Counted from the stretch's first letter, positions 41,626 to 57,984 are shown. The stretch is DNA of 64,000 nt from Eledone cirrhosa (GCA_964016885.1 OZ024745.1:65782001-65846000), one strand, 5' to 3'. Numbers and translations are program-made. The notes: generated by a model from the sequence alone, not told the origin.

Positions 41626-41749
41626 TTATTTTCACTCTGCACACTTGGCCACCTTAACTCTGGATTACCACCCAATAGGAGACGGACTTCGTAACAGCAT
41701 TGAGTTCTTCAAATGGCGCGCCGTCTGTAACAATAATTACACACCTATC

Positions 41750-41860
<111 letters not shown>

Positions 41861-41865
41861 TAAAT

Positions 41866-42000
41866 ATAATTGTTTCTACTTTAGGCACAAGGGCAGCAAT
41901 TAACCAGTGCATTACTGGTACTTTTATTTTATCGACCCCGTAAGAATGAAAGGCAAAGTCAACCTCGGCGGGATTTGAACTGAGATCGTAAAGGGACGTA
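41866..42000 (-). mobile_element. tRNA-derived SINE (5' truncated) in (CA)n
   Basis: Reverse complement of body and B box. Confidence 0.88.
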
Positions 42001-42133
42001 CACACACACACACATAAATATAATGCTTCATAAAAAAGATTGTTTATATGCATACATATATATATATAGATATGTTTCTTTATATATATATATATATATA
42101 TATATAGATAGATAGATAGATAGATAGATAGAA

Positions 42134-42299
42134 AGGCTTCTACATGACTAGAATTGTTTCATTCAGGAGAAATCGATTTCTCCCGAATGAAACAGTTCCA
42201 GTCCTGTAGAAGCCTTCCTGTATTAAATATTTATACTCTGCTTTGTATTGAGAACATCTTACTTACTGTGGTTACCTCCGATTGAACCCGGGATAAACT

Positions 42300-42300
<1 letters not shown>
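42134..42300 (+). repeat. Fold-back hairpin with HHR 3' half
   Basis: 42134-42216 palindrome centred on GGAGAAATCGATTTCTCC; GAAA c..g TC ctgtag follows. Confidence 0.7.
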
Positions 42301-42348
<48 letters not shown>

Positions 42349-42352
<4 letters not shown>

Positions 42353-45300
42353 CCAACCCTCCGGTTAGACTAATAGCACCCTCCAAGTTCGACCTAGGTA
42401 GGGCCAGTAAGGATATTATAGATAGCATACTGCCCACTCTTATGAATAGAATTAAACTTAGCTTATGGACTTACACTAAGGAGGTAATATACTCGTTTAC
42501 AGCGCTGCCCACCAAACATCAAGTGAACTTTGTGCAGCTGGACATAGCAAATTACTACGCGTCTATCTCACCAGTAATTGTAAACAAGGCCCCCATGGGC
42601 GCCATGGCAAGGTCCAACTTAACTATAGGTGAAGTGGCCATCATTATAGCTGCTAGAAAGACACTCATTAGGTTTGACGGTAGACTGTGGGAAAGGAGGA
42701 ATAGACTCAACAGTTTCGACATCACCATGGGCTCGAGCGACTCCGCACAGGTAACGAACTTGGTGGGAATTTATCTACTCTATCGCTAGCAGAGGAGATT
42801 CCAGGGATAGGCGGAGGGATATATAGAGACGACGCCCTATTTACATTAAACTCTATCCAGCTGGAGCGCATGCGGAAGCGCATCTCACATTTCTTTAAGC
42901 AGCACGGCTTAACTGTGCTAATAGAGAATAGCACTATGACAGTAAATTTCCTAGACGTATCCTTGGAACTGGATACAGGCTTATACCGACCATATCACAA
43001 GCCCAACGAGAACCTGCAGTATGTAAACAGGCGCTCAAACCACCCCAAGTCGGTTATTGACGCCATGGTGAAGGGGGTATCCCCCCGAGTATCCACACTG
43101 TCCGCCAATGTGGATGTGTTCAATCAGCATGCCGACTACTACAATGAGTCACTGGGCAGGGCAGGATATACAGAAGCTATAGTGTATACCCAGGAGTAGG
43201 GCAGGCCGCATAGCGAGCAACAAAAACACCTAGACACCGCTAGTAATAACTTAGGCAGACAATTTACACGTAAACAAACACCCAACAGTATAGATAGGAA
43301 TATTAAACACGACATTGCTGGCCGCACAGCGCATAGACAGTTGAGGGAGCTCGCAATCTTAGGGACCACATCACATACGGACTGAACAGTAATAACTCCA
43401 CGGACCGGAACGGGAAAATTACAGGTAGTGAAGTAGATATCCCAACCCGGAGCTCTAGGGCTAATATCAAGACTAAGAATAACAGCAATGATACGCCAGG
43501 ATACTCGGGTAGCGGGACAGAGACGGAAAATAGGGCTAGAAACCGTGCCCAGAACAATTAGAGAGCAAAGGCCATTCCACAGACTTAAGCAATAGTTCTA
43601 TGCATAGGGATAGAATGGGGGGGGGGTCAATTAGGAGTAGGGCTTAACCCGAGAGAGCAGCTTGACAATGCAATCACCACAAGTAGCAGATGATGAAATA
43701 GAAATAGATATAGAAACGTCACATGGTTTAAAGCACCATACTCGAAGCATGTTGTATGCACTAACGTGCCAGGTCTCTTCTTCAGGGCATTGGACGAATG
43801 TTTCCCGGCTTCACACAGGTACCACAAAATTTTCAATCGGCAAACTGTGAAGTTCTCATTTTCCACGGCACGCAACATGGTGGACTACATGGCCAGAACC
43901 AACGCGTTGAAATTGAGGACACCTCATGGGCGCAACGATCAGGCACCAGATCCGCCGGGGGAGCTGCGGGGAGAGCACGCGGAAGTGGATGATGGTTCTA
44001 GGGGCATACCCACGGCTGCGGAGGGCCCCATACCTGCCAGTAGAGACCAGCTGGTCGGGAACATTGAGTCCACCACTCCGCAGGAGCACCACTCGAGGAC
44101 CGGTGAGAACACAAATAAGACGCCAGGACCACGTAACGGAAGTTGCAAAAATGATACACGGACATGAAGCTGCCGTGTCCGTGAGGAGTGCCCCATGCAG
44201 GGAATGTGCCTGACTAAGGGCGTTGTATACAGATGTGTGGTTACCACGCACAATGATAACCACACATACATCGGAGCTACATCTACGACTTTTAAGTAGA
44301 GGATGTACAACCACAAGAGCTCGTTCAAGGACAGGATCAAGAGACATTCCATCGGATGCGTATGCGTACTCGGCAGGAGACAGGAAGTGCAAGTTATGCC
44401 TGTCCGAGGCTATCGAGATAATAAAACTTAAGGGCGACGCAGTCAACCTCAAGTCTGAAATAATCATGGCATGCCGACATCAACGTAAATGCACACTCTC
44501 CGCCCTGGTGATGCCGGATCGATCTGCATAACGCACCACCGGCACCGCAACACCAGGTGGAGCGCATGCAGCGAACCACAATTGAACACTGCATATCTAT
44601 GAATGCATGACAGCACAAGCTGATAGCAATGACAGTTTAAACGTTGTCCACCTCGTAGCACACCCTAATAGCACCATTACACCAATCTGCGGACGCCGAC
44701 TCATTACAAGTAGGATTGGGTCTACAAACATGTGTGGTTTTAAATTTTCAAATTTCTAAATTTTCAAACTTTAAAATTTTTAAATTGTTGATTTCCGATA
44801 TTCGATTCCCGGTGCTTAATCCGCTACTTGGATGATGGACATGATGCTGGTCTTAAGGTTAATATCACAGCTAATTGTAATTTTAATTTTAATTTTGATT
44901 TTGATTTCAAGGTTTAATTTTGTCGTTCCATGCCGCCGATATACACACGCACACAACGCATGCCGCTGGCACATTTCATCATACATACACTCCACGTGCA
45001 TTCCATATATATTGCTATGAAGCACATGCCCTTTATATTTCATGTATACACCAAACCAATGCACATCTCATATATACTTTTATGAAATGGATATTACACA
45101 TAACCACAATATATATAACTTGTTTGTGCACGCACGCACAGCCCACACCTATCCACAAGAAAAGTGATCTGCATCATGCGCAGGCTCCTACCCAGTGCCT
45201 TAGCCCAACAGCCCCCATGTATATCATATAAACATTTGCACCAGAGCCCACAACTATTGTATGAAACTTTAAGCACACCTCGATTATGCCAGGTCCCCCT

Positions 45301-46544
45301 CTGCATCCTTGTCATGTATGGATTCTCTTTTTCCAGCATTTTATTTTATTATTGTATACTATTTCATTATTTTATGTTTTGTGCATACAGGGCTTTTTTA
45401 AATTTTATGTGCCACCCACGCTACATGCGATTAGTGCAGGGATATTGTGCTGCCGTAACATTTAGGCATATTGTGCAGGCACCCTCGGACTCACACCGTC
45501 ACGTGATCAGGATGGGTCAAGGCCTCAAATGTGTTGTCTCATGCAATACTGTGTGCACCATATGCACAGCGGCGCGTGGGTGGACGGACGGGGAGAGGGT
45601 ATTCATCAAGTATATGCATCTGGTGTGGGAGCACGCGGGTGCGTGTATGTATGTGTGACCACACAGACATGCATGAGCACGGGTGTGTACATGCATGGGT
45701 CGATATAGTTGTCTGAGCATGTATGCGCGGGGATACGGATGACTTTCCATGGATTTTTCTTTTCCCATCTGCCTATGTGTGCGGCGTCCTGGCTACGCAC
45801 ACTCCCCTGAGTCCAGTGTGTGAGTGGAATTGGGTCTATTTGTTGAAAACACGTTTGATATAGCTATTCCGTTTGAATGGCTGTTGAAAGCTTTCTTTTT
45901 AAAAAGGTTTTTTTAAAAAACGTTCTTGCTACAGGTTCTTTCTTTTCCTTTCTCCTTTCCTTTCGAAATATGTATGGCGGAGTGTATCCTAAGGTTGTGT
46001 CCTACAAATGTTACGCTAAATATCCCCATGATTGGTTTTTTTTTTTTTTTTTAATTCTCGCAAAACATTATTTATGATGAATACCGCATACAGCATAATT
46101 GCGGGTGTGTACTTGACCGATGTAGACTAAGGCACCTAGGGGCAATGAGGACGTCGAAGTGATGCCAGCCGTTCAAGATTACAGTCCCTTTCCCACCACA
46201 GTAGTAATTCTGATACATGAAGAAATTTTGATTGACAGGTGGAGAACGAGAGGAAGAAAGAAGTGGGCAACCATAAGTGGCTAGAAATACCGATGGCGTG
46301 TACAATTCTTGACCACTCATAGAATGAGAACAACAGGATCTAAATCAACAAACGAAGAAATTCGATGTTAAAGGACTATAGGAAAATCTGCTTCGTAGAA
46401 TCGAGACGTATCTTCTGACGACCGTGTTGATTTCAGAATCAGGTGTGATCACCATATAGATCGTGCCTCGAGCTGGTCCCCCGAGAAACATTTGTAATAT
46501 GTCCAATAAATTCCTTTCGTCGCAACACTGATTCTCTTCTTCCT

Positions 46545-46546
<2 letters not shown>
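42349..46546 (+). mobile_element. Penelope-like element (RT + GIY-YIG, disrupted) with long 3' region
   Basis: RLIAPSKFDLG, QLDIANYYASI, FDITMGSSDSA, IYRDDAL, VNFLDV, SNHP, HRYHKIFNR, YIGATS, CKLCLSE, CRH; putative HHR at ~46405-46503 (CTGACGA...GAAA catttg TA atatgtc). Confidence 0.9.
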
Positions 46547-46592
<46 letters not shown>

Positions 46593-46925
46593 AAACATGA
46601 GAAGAAAGAAGAATACTGCATGGTTTGCACATGGGTTACATATGATAAAAATAGTCCTTCGTTAGTGATTTTCCAACCATCATTGGTATTTCATCGCATT
46701 AAAAATCAGATACCTCAGGTTGGTGCGAGCAATAACTAAAAAAAGTTATTGGGACCAGAATTCGCGTAAGGCAAGGGGGACAAGTAAACAGCATAGAAGG
46801 ATAAAAACAAACCGAAGATAGGAAAATAAACAAGCAACATGGTTGTCCGGTCAGCATAGGCTGGGTGGATTTCATGAGCGAGAGAGGTACAGACCGTGTT
46901 GATGTGTGTGAGATGTGAGCAAGAA

Positions 46926-46959
<34 letters not shown>

Positions 46960-47159
46960 CGAAGGAAATGTGGTAAGGAACCAGGTGGACCATAACGCAC
47001 CAAAGTACTCAATACTTGAGGTAGTAGAGTGGGTAATAGGAACCAGTAAGACCCCGACAGCTGAGCTCAAGCCGTTTCGACGGCTAATTCGACGGCTAAT
47101 TTGAGTCCTGAATTAGCCGTCGAAACGGCTTGAGCTCAGCTGTCGGGGTCTTACTGGTT

Positions 47160-47205
<46 letters not shown>

Positions 47206-47763
47206 GCATTAGTCTGATCTGAAATTTTAAACTTAGCTTTTTTGTAAGCTGATAAAGGCATGTTTGACTATTAAATAGTCGAACATATAAACATATAAAC
47301 TTCTAGAGAGACGGAATTAAAGTGGGCATTTCCTGTCAAGATGTATGCATATTCCTAAAGTATTCGAATATTTTGTAGTTGAATCTGTGTTGTTACATCT
47401 TACAATAAGCTAACATAGTTGCCATACAGGTGTTGTATATATATATATGTGTATCTATATCTGCAACTCTCAAATTAATTCTTTATTTTTTAGCTCTATG
47501 ATTTTTCCCGTCCCCACTTTCTGAGTTTGTTTTCTCTTTCTACTGTTTTGTCTTATTCCCAACTGCATGTGTCTTATTCCCAACTGCATTATCCCAAAAT
47601 ATTAATTTTCCTGATTAGTTTCTGCTTAGTTTCATTAATTATAAATAATGTAATAAATAATATTACAACTTAGTTAAATCCATGCTTTTGAACGGTTCCT
47701 ATATTGATATACGCATATCCACACTCCCTAATCTTTCACACTCACACACAGAGACTCTCTCTC

Positions 47764-47842
<79 letters not shown>

Positions 47843-48473
47843 CCTTTTTGTTCAATTTACATCTTCGCTCTCTCTCTCTGTTTTTCTAACACTCTCTCAT
47901 TCTTGATTTCACTTAGTATGCTGTCATGCGTTTCTACAGAAACGTCAGTCATGGCAAATGAGCAAGTTATCTATAAGCCAAGCGAAAATAATATACACAC
48001 TTACAATTACGCAAATTGACATGAGCATACACTCACAAATATATCTGTAATTTTTCATTTTAAATATTTACGTTCCTACTGTGATGAAGGATTTATTTTT
48101 AACTAGGAAATAAACTTCCATCTTTACATGTTGAATTTTAGAAAATTCGTACTACTTTCTTATTTTTTCACTGATTGTATTTGCAACGCGTGTTACTGTT
48201 TTACTGTTTTACTCCATGAGTCAAAGGAAGAGCACGTAACCTCTAAGAGGGGTGGGAAATAAAGCGGAAGATATAGCCTTATCCAAATGCTTGCAACAGA
48301 GCTGACTTCAGTAAAGGCATCCAAGAAATAAATGATAGTGTGGGACCCGAATGATGGATTAAATTTAATATAGCGAAATTCACCAGTGCATGTCAATATG
48401 GATTTGGATTTACAATCTGAATAGAAAAGTTACATTTCGAAATATTTTTTCGTAAATGGGTTGTGTGTGTTCA

Positions 48474-48509
<36 letters not shown>

Positions 48510-49734
48510 TGTATGTATGTATATGCATGTATATGTATATATGTCTGTGCGTGCGTGTAAGTGTGTGTGCACGTGTGTTTGTGTGTTTATTGTGTATGTG
48601 CATAGTTTTATATAATTATATATATGAGTGTGCCTATTCTTACGTATATGTATATTTTTTGTATAAATAAATTTCAGTAAAGGAAGTTTATGAGGGGAAT
48701 ATTTATTTATAAGTTTCCAGTGAAATTCTTCAGAGATTTTCACTGTCTTTCACATGATGGTAAATTACTATTGCGTTTAGTTTTAAGTTACAAATGCTTA
48801 ATGTTTTATGACCCCTAACAATAACTTCTGTATATTCCGCCTCGTATATTTCTAGAGACGTGGTCTGCATTTATATATGTACATATTGGAGGCTAGGAAA
48901 TAATGAATAGAATATATTTAAACCCAAAACAATTGAATGACTTGTTGAAAAAGACAGTATATAAACGAAACTTAATATAAATTCTATAATTGCTTCTTTC
49001 AGGGGACTAATAGACGTGCTTTCCATGGAATATTATTTTGTAGGTCACTGTTTGAATTTCGCACGATTGGCTCTAGACCAGATTCCTACTTGTTTTGGCT
49101 TATGTATTCATATTATCTTTGTATTTATTTTAGTTGTATTTCTATTTCATCTTATTTTACCATTGGGTTAATAATGGCTGCCAACTCTATTTGACAGGAC
49201 GCTTTTCAGGAAGTAAGCCTTGTAGTTAACTGAGCCAAATTTCATTTAATCGGCTCTCCATCTTTGGAAGTTATTTTTAAACTTCCTTTTAAAACTTGTC
49301 AGACAACTTAATTCTGTACGAACATAAATAACCGTAACGAAACATATAGAATATATTCGATTCAGGAAACGTAAACGCAAATATTTTTGAAGACAATAAT
49401 TGACTGTTAATTTGCATTAACAAATCAACAGACAACTTCAATTAAAACTAAATGTTATTTCCTATTCTAGAGGTTGAAACTAATCTGGTTTCTGAAAAAG
49501 TCGATTCACTACTGTAGGTGAAACAAACACCAAAATAACTGAGATGTTCATATCATAATGTGATACGTAAGAGAATATCGGTTAATTAACAATTTCTGTG
49601 TGTTTAAAATATTCGCCTTCTTAGTTTTCCGATTAACGTCAAACGATTGCATTGAGTTAAGTTGTCATTTGAAATATAAAACGGTGACCATTGATTACTT
49701 CCCTTTGGTTTTGCTGCAGCTAGGTATGTGACGT

Positions 49735-50370
49735 TATCCACCGTGGACCCTTTCGGCTTCCACCCGCTTTCCTGTCGCCACAGTGCCGGCCACCTTCCAC
49801 GCCATGCTGCCCTCAACGAGGTCATAAAGCATGGCTTGGACGCTGCAGGCGTCCCTTCCCAGATCGAGCCGGTGGGGCTGTACCGAGGGGACGGCAAAAG
49901 GCCAGATGGCATGACCATCTTCCCGTTTGGCGGTGGTAAACCCCTCGTCTGGGATACCCCTTGCACCGACACTTTCTGCAGCCGCAACCTGGTGCAGTCA
50001 GCGACTAACCCGGGTTCTGCTGCACGTCGGGCTGAGGAGGCTAAACTCCTCAAATACCGGTCGCTATCCGACAGGTTTGCGGTTGTACCCCTGGTAGTGG
50101 AGACTTCTGGTGTCCTTGACCATAGGGATACCTCCCTACTCACCACCATAGGCGCCGAGCTGGCCAGCCGCAGGTGTGAGCCCCGCGAGTTGGAGTGGCT
50201 TTTCCAGCGTGTCTCCCTTGCTGTCCTCCGGGAAACCGCCTCCTCTATTCTGACCATCGGGGCTGTGGGGGTGGGTGGCATCGCGTATCATTCCATATTT
50301 AGTTGTGGTCGGTGTGTGTGTGTTTGTATATATTGCCTTTGTTTTCATTCAGCATTATGGCATTCTTCAA
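49735..50370 (+). mobile_element. CRE-clade non-LTR retrotransposon 3' fragment (restriction-like endonuclease)
   Basis: HPLSC...RHAALN...EP...KRPDG...LVWD...AEEAKLLKY...PLVVETSG. Confidence 0.85.
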
Positions 50371-50459
50371 TGCTTGTCACTACCTTAAAATTCATAGCGA
50401 AAGGCCTTCAAAATATTTTAGAATAAATATATAGTATATTATTAAATACACAATGCATA

Positions 50460-50558
<99 letters not shown>

Positions 50559-50560
50559 AT

Positions 50561-50678
<118 letters not shown>

Positions 50679-50724
50679 GTGTGTGTGTGTATGTTTATAT
50701 ATATGTGTGTGTGTGTGTGTGTGC

Positions 50725-50764
<40 letters not shown>

Positions 50765-50769
<5 letters not shown>

Positions 50770-50965
50770 ATGATATTAAATAAATGGAATCTATATTTAT
50801 AAAAGCATATTTATTCTATTATATATATTTGAAGGGTACCAAAATATTGGTACGCTTGAAATATATATAATAGAATAAATATGGTTTTATAAATATAGTT
50901 TCCATTTATTTAATATCATTGTTTATTATACTCCAGCAAAACTGTTGATTGCTCTATCCCGTCTG
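50765..50965 (+). repeat. Fold-back hairpin, family B
   Basis: 50767-50840 mirrors 50848-50922; centre AAGGGTACCAAAATATTGGTACGCTT followed by GAAA tatata TA atagaat. Confidence 0.8.
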
Positions 50966-50967
50966 CT

Positions 50968-51020
<53 letters not shown>

Positions 51021-51087
51021 TAATTAAAGGTTAATTCGTCTTTAATACTGTACTACCGTAATTAGAGTTTTTTCTCACTTAATTTTA

Positions 51088-51914
<827 letters not shown>

Positions 51915-52036
51915 TTTCAGAGCTCCAATACACATTTCTAATTGATGGTGGGTCGGCAACCGCTCTACATGCAAATGAGTTTCAACAGCTCATAAACCTA
52001 ATTGGAATTATATTAGAATTCAGCTTCGGTAACTTT

Positions 52037-52084
52037 GTAATCTCGACAAACACAAATACGTGTGAAACGGTGACCGTCGATTAC
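52037..52084 (+). ncRNA. Type I hammerhead ribozyme variant (U3-A8)
   Basis: gtaatc TCGACAA acac aaatac gtgt GAAA cgg tga ccg TC gattac: all three stems pair perfectly. Confidence 0.75.
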
Positions 52085-53022
52085 TTCCCTTTTGGTTTTG
52101 CCGAAGCTAGGTATATGACGTTAGTCACTCCCTGGAAGGCCTTCGACGTGTTTTTAATTAAACATACTGTATATTATTAAATATACAATACGTACGTTCA
52201 TACTATTTTTACTTAAAACCTTAACAATAACTCATCACTCGAGACGCCATTGATTTGTATTACCTGTTTTTTCCAAAGAGACGTATTATGCTTTGTAGTT
52301 CTGGTTTGAAGAAACAGTACCTTGCAGATGCCTTCCAGTTTGCAAAACTTGATAATGACAGGAAGATTTATAGTCTAATATAATACCCAATTGTTTAAAA
52401 TTGTTGATCAAACTATTACTGTATTTTCTAATCAGGTAATGAATCAATACAAATATGAAGTGCGCGTAAAGAACAATTATTACAAAGTGTATTTGATATC
52501 GTCCTTAAAATTGGCAGCATACCATACAATTTGACGTGGGGATATATTTGACCAGTTATTGTGTTTAAAGTTAATGTTAACATAATTAATGCGCTGTGTA
52601 TCAAAATATTGACTAAAAATAAATATACATTTAGGAAAAAAAACATTAGTCTTATATAAAAAGAAAGAAATATCGTCCTTGTTTCGGGTATATTTAACCC
52701 CACTCGGTGGGTCAAGAGAGAAACAATGGTAGATATGTGTAGATTGACACCATCCCCATGATAGTATTGACATATTTAATGTATGGCGCATCAGAATGGC
52801 AACTCATGATATTATGTACTGGGTGGAAACGAGATAGCATAGGGCTATAATTATTTGTATTTTATTCGGCAAGTATGTGGGACCAGTTCTAATATAACTA
52901 GTTATAACTAGTTGCGTCCCTTGTTTTAACAAGATCATAATCGACAATAACATTACAAATGGAAAACTACCAAATTTAACATGAAATAATTTTCAAACGT
53001 CGTTGAAACCGGTAAAGTATAA

Positions 53023-53053
<31 letters not shown>

Positions 53054-53147
53054 CATATAAATACATATATATATATATATATATATAAATTAAAGGTTAA
53101 TTAGTTTATAATACTGTACTACCATAATTAGAGTTTTTCTCACTTAA

Positions 53148-53185
<38 letters not shown>

Positions 53186-53835
53186 GGGGGTGGGGGACAT
53201 ATCCGTTTCTACATACATGAATACTGGAGTAAAACTGGTGCTATTTTGAAAAGTATAAGTTACCAATTCCATACCAGATAGATCAATAAAATGAGTTTCA
53301 GGTAAATAATGGAGTTCATATGATTAACTAAAATCCCAGATGACCGTGGCCTAACTTGGCTGCAGTCCAGTGACTGCAACAAATAATAGAATAAAAGAAT
53401 GATATTTAAACCTTAACCAATTCAATGATTAGTTAGTTTCTAAATGGAAATAAATAAATATATAAAGAGATATATCTTCAAATTCAGACATTTTCCTACA
53501 GAATTATTTTCTAAATACGTAAATGAATTAATTTCATATGTTATTGGATGAATCGCATCGATAATCAATCTCCCTTGATGTCTTGATTTAGAACAGTTAT
53601 AAATATGTAATACGACTACGAAGAACATTATATTAGATAATGCCAAGATTGGAGAAAATAATCGAATAGTTTATATCAATATTCATCTTCAAGTTGTAGA
53701 AATTACTCTAAAACCGGAATGTAGTTTTAATTATAGAGAATTTTTTTTCAAATTTTTGCATCTGAAACTCGTGAAATATAAATATTCTTCGACCAAATAT
53801 ACAAATACACAGGCACATTTGCAACACCCATTAAT

Positions 53836-53989
<154 letters not shown>

Positions 53990-54399
53990 GATACATGGAT
54001 TTATAAACTGATCATATTGGAAGAAATAGTGGCCAAACTGGTACATTACACTGCATGACAATCACTTTTAGCAAACACTACCGTAGATGATATTAGCTAA
54101 TTTAAGGTTCTTCTCTATGAATATGAAATCCGTTTTACTCCATCATGTCTACATTTTGATCTATAAGATTTACCACATATAATACATTTAGAGCAAAACT
54201 GACTAATCTTGTGAACATTGCATGGAATTTATTAATGTAAAAATAAACAATTAATCACTTTTGAAATAACAATATACACTTAGAAGAATCCTGCCACAAA
54301 AATGTTACAGCATTGCTTTCACTGTCAATATCAGTAGCATGGAGTTCAAGAAGAGGGAAGTCAGCAAAGGTCTTCCTTCTTGCGGGATCTGTTTGCAAT

Positions 54400-55050
54400 A
54401 GGTACCTTGTTTTAACGTTAGTGATCTTGCCCAATTCCAACGAAAAGAATTCCAAGTGACTCTTTAAAAAGTGAATCTTCAAGGTCATTTCGACACCTTA
54501 TGTATCGAAGGAATACAGAAGGTCGGTATGATTCCTTGTAATTCGGGTTTCGGTTCTTTCCTAGAAAGTTTTCAACGGTCTTTAACACAGCATCATAAGC
54601 TCGTCGTTCAATCTCTTTCAATAAATCTCTGTACATCTGTTTCTTCATCAATTTGTGAGGGTCTGGTCCAACGACAACACCTTCTTTAATATTTTCGTCG
54701 CTTAGACAAGGAAATATATTTAGCAATGTCGTTGGTTGCCCCCTCCCCCTACCCGAGTTCATTGACTTCAAAACATTTTTGAAGATTCCAGGTTTAATAT
54801 TGTAGTGGTGGTAACACGATTAGCTAAGGTGAAACAAGTGATATGTATTGAATGTATTTAGTCCTTTGTCTCCATTCATAACGTTCTGGCTAATCCTACC
54901 GATTGTATTATTAATTTCGAGTTCGGTTGTCCCACAGGCAAGAGGAGGAGCAAACATTTGTGCAGCCGTTTTGCATTCCATTTAAAAAATGATCTTCAAG
55001 TCACCTCCATCTTTTCACATGAAATCATCATACCTGATATCAAGGAGAGT
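54400..55050 (-). mobile_element. Degenerate DNA-transposon transposase (Chapaev3/CMC-like)
   Basis: VLPPL.IK.G..KN..KSM, FPCLSDENIKEGVVVGP, VENFLGKNRNPNY, LKIHFLKSHLEFF; family name from recall. Confidence 0.7.
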
Positions 55051-55378
55051 AATATCTTGATAGAGTCGTATGACACTTTACCTTCCTCGAATAATCCCCT
55101 GGAATCCCAGGGTACTCATTCCTAACAAGCATGTTTTTCTGTTTCTTCTGTTCAACATCTAGCTGTCTCATGAGGTCATAACTGTTACATAACGGTTATC
55201 ACCGAAATATATATGACAGAGCTTATGAATAAACGAAGTAAATTATAACCTGTTGATATGTACTTCATATTTATAAATATACTCCGGAGTAAATAGACCC
55301 ACTTGTATACTTCGTCAAGTGATCTACCCTATATACTAAAGTGTTGGTGATAAACTAACACATACTCTAATTAATATC

Positions 55379-55418
<40 letters not shown>

Positions 55419-55440
55419 TGTAGAGAAATATATATATATT

Positions 55441-55505
<65 letters not shown>

Positions 55506-57876
55506 GTATATATGTTTTTGTGTATGCGTATGTGTGTGCGTGTGATGCTGCAATAAAATAAATGAAATAGTCTGGTATGTCTAGTAATATATGGTATCTA
55601 TATATGATGTCAACATCCTGTAAATACTTTTGAAAAGCAGACTGTAAGTTTCTAAGCAACAACTAAATACATCATGAAAATCATTAAGCCACACACTGCT
55701 TTTCAAATGTGATACTATCTAGGCTTTCCGCAATGAAGAAACACTATCTATTGATCTGTGTATTGCTAAGTTGTTCTGGAGTGTAATATTATGTAGAATT
55801 TGCATTTTATGTGTAAATAAACACAAAACGAAAATTTAATGGAGCGTTTATGATTGAGTTCGACTTCGGTCGATATTTTGAGGACCGAACAGCAGGTCGG
55901 TATATTTGGGGTCACACTATGGTCATTATAGCGACAGTGTAGATACAACATAATATCATATAGCATGGTAGGATTGTGTGTGAGAATCAGTATAACCATC
56001 TAAAACCTATTCAGACAGTTCCAAAGTTATGGAAATTGTTTACTTTATTTTCCAAATACGCAGATTTGGACTTGCTAAAATCTTCTCAAACTAGGGTTCC
56101 ACTAAGCCTTGTAGGTTCGATTCTGCTATAAATGCTCCCTAGAAAATTATAGACAAATAAATCTCATGTGTACACCTGTTTTAAAGGACGTACGAAGATA
56201 ACTGCCAGGACACACTGATAATGTGTATGTTTATTCTAATCAATGATCTGGATAAATAAATGATATAGTTTGCCGACAAAATCAATACGCACATTCATAT
56301 ATTCAGATTCTGCCCGCCAATACAATGAACAGGGGCACACATCAGCACACATTATAGATTTAATGCAAATGTATGTAAGATTCTCACAGCAAATTCTGCT
56401 TGAATAATAAGTATTTAGAGTTGATGTAAGAATATTTATTCTAGAAATATTCTGATAAAATAGTGAGAAATGGCTACTCAGTCTAAATATGTCTCGGTTT
56501 GGGTAGTACGAAATCTGGACTAATTGTTAAATAGTGCATAATATTGGTTTTATATAGTTACTTTGCTAATACATTTGCAAAGGCGATAAACGCTTTAAAC
56601 GATTATAATTTTCTAAAATCAATAATTTGTACTCCATTCCTATTCCCAGTGGATAAATGTTTAACCATCAATAATACCAAAGCAATTGCTAATAGCCTGA
56701 TCCCAAGCAACTAGAACAGAATAGGTGCTATCTATTTTAAAACCGACGGCAAGTTCATCTTTAAAACAAATATGAAATGATTATCTAGATACATAATAAA
56801 TATGATAAACATTTTTTGCTTAAATTTTCACTTGGACTGTTCATGAGAAAAAAGCATGTGATTTTTGATATGCATCAAAATAATATTACCGTAAATCTAG
56901 CTAAAATAATTCAAAACTTAGAGACAACACATGGAGTATATAAGATGCAAGTGAAGAATATTTGAAAAGGAAATGTTTCGAATTGCTTCAGAAGCAATGA
57001 TTTCAACATTCTAAAAAATACTTCACTTGCTTCATCGAATAGGAATCGCATGTAAAGTAAAACAGATAGATAGACAAATAAATAAACAACAAATAATTAA
57101 ATGAATATAAATTAAAAACCAATAAATGATTTGGTGATTAAAATCTATATGGTTTAGTTGGCCTTTAGTTTGAATGCTTTCAAAACAGCGGAAACCACGC
57201 AAGGTCCCCCCAAAACGCTTGGTAGTGTTAAGCCATGCCACGGATTAAGTCAAAGTAGAAAAATATCGTATGTTACTCATTGACCCCGAAAAGAAGACAG
57301 GTTAGGTTATTTTGTGTCTGACGCTCTAACGTATGTGAAATATGCTGATAACTTAATACAGTTTCAAGGAGAATAAATGCAATATACATTTTTTGTGAGA
57401 CTCAACTAATAAAAAAAGTCTGAATCAAATGGATTCAACAACAGAGGTTTTTGGTGGAGCAGTTTCGTTTGTGTGAAATACACGGTATCAAATCAACATT
57501 TGAAAAATAAATGATTATTTATATTGAAAACAAACTATTATTTATCTGAAATTAAAATAAATACAAGTGTTCTCTATACAAAAGTTTTAACCTTATTTTT
57601 CAAAGAAAGAGCATTGCAATTTTCCAGCGGCTTTATCAGAATGAGTTCAAAATGTCACGTCAAATAGTATTAACTTGAAAAATTAAGAAAAGCATTTTAA
57701 AACATGAAATAGAGAGAGTAAACAACATTTTTTACATTATTTCGTTTTAATCATTCTGAGTATTAATTTAGAAAAAACATACAGATGTTTTCTTTTTATA
57801 TTAGTAAAAAAGTTCAAAAGAAAAAAGATCAACTATCACTTTGGCAGGATTAAGTAACGAGCTGTCAAGAAATATT

Positions 57877-57984
57877 TTACTTCACGGCAATAGGTTCGTT
57901 TATCCGACATTTGAAGTCATTACAACCAAATAATTGGCAAAACGTGATGCATTTATATTTGGCACATATTTTATAAGGGTTCAT
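57877..57984 (-). other. Myticin/defensin-like cysteine array (possible pseudo-exon)
   Basis: CAKYKCITFCQLFGCNDFKCRINEP = C-x4-C-x3-C-x4-C-x4-C-R; terminal Cys missing. Confidence 0.3.

Noticed and set aside
44816-46333. Several short ORFs after the second PLE
   Set aside because: Low-complexity CA/TG-rich 3' region of the element; no domain motifs.
48193-48420. Possible minus-strand exon DCKSKSILTCTGEFRY...
   Set aside because: Acceptor-like site only; no family assignment or partner exon.
49604-50281. 225-aa minus-strand ORF
   Set aside because: Antisense shadow of the CRE endonuclease fragment.
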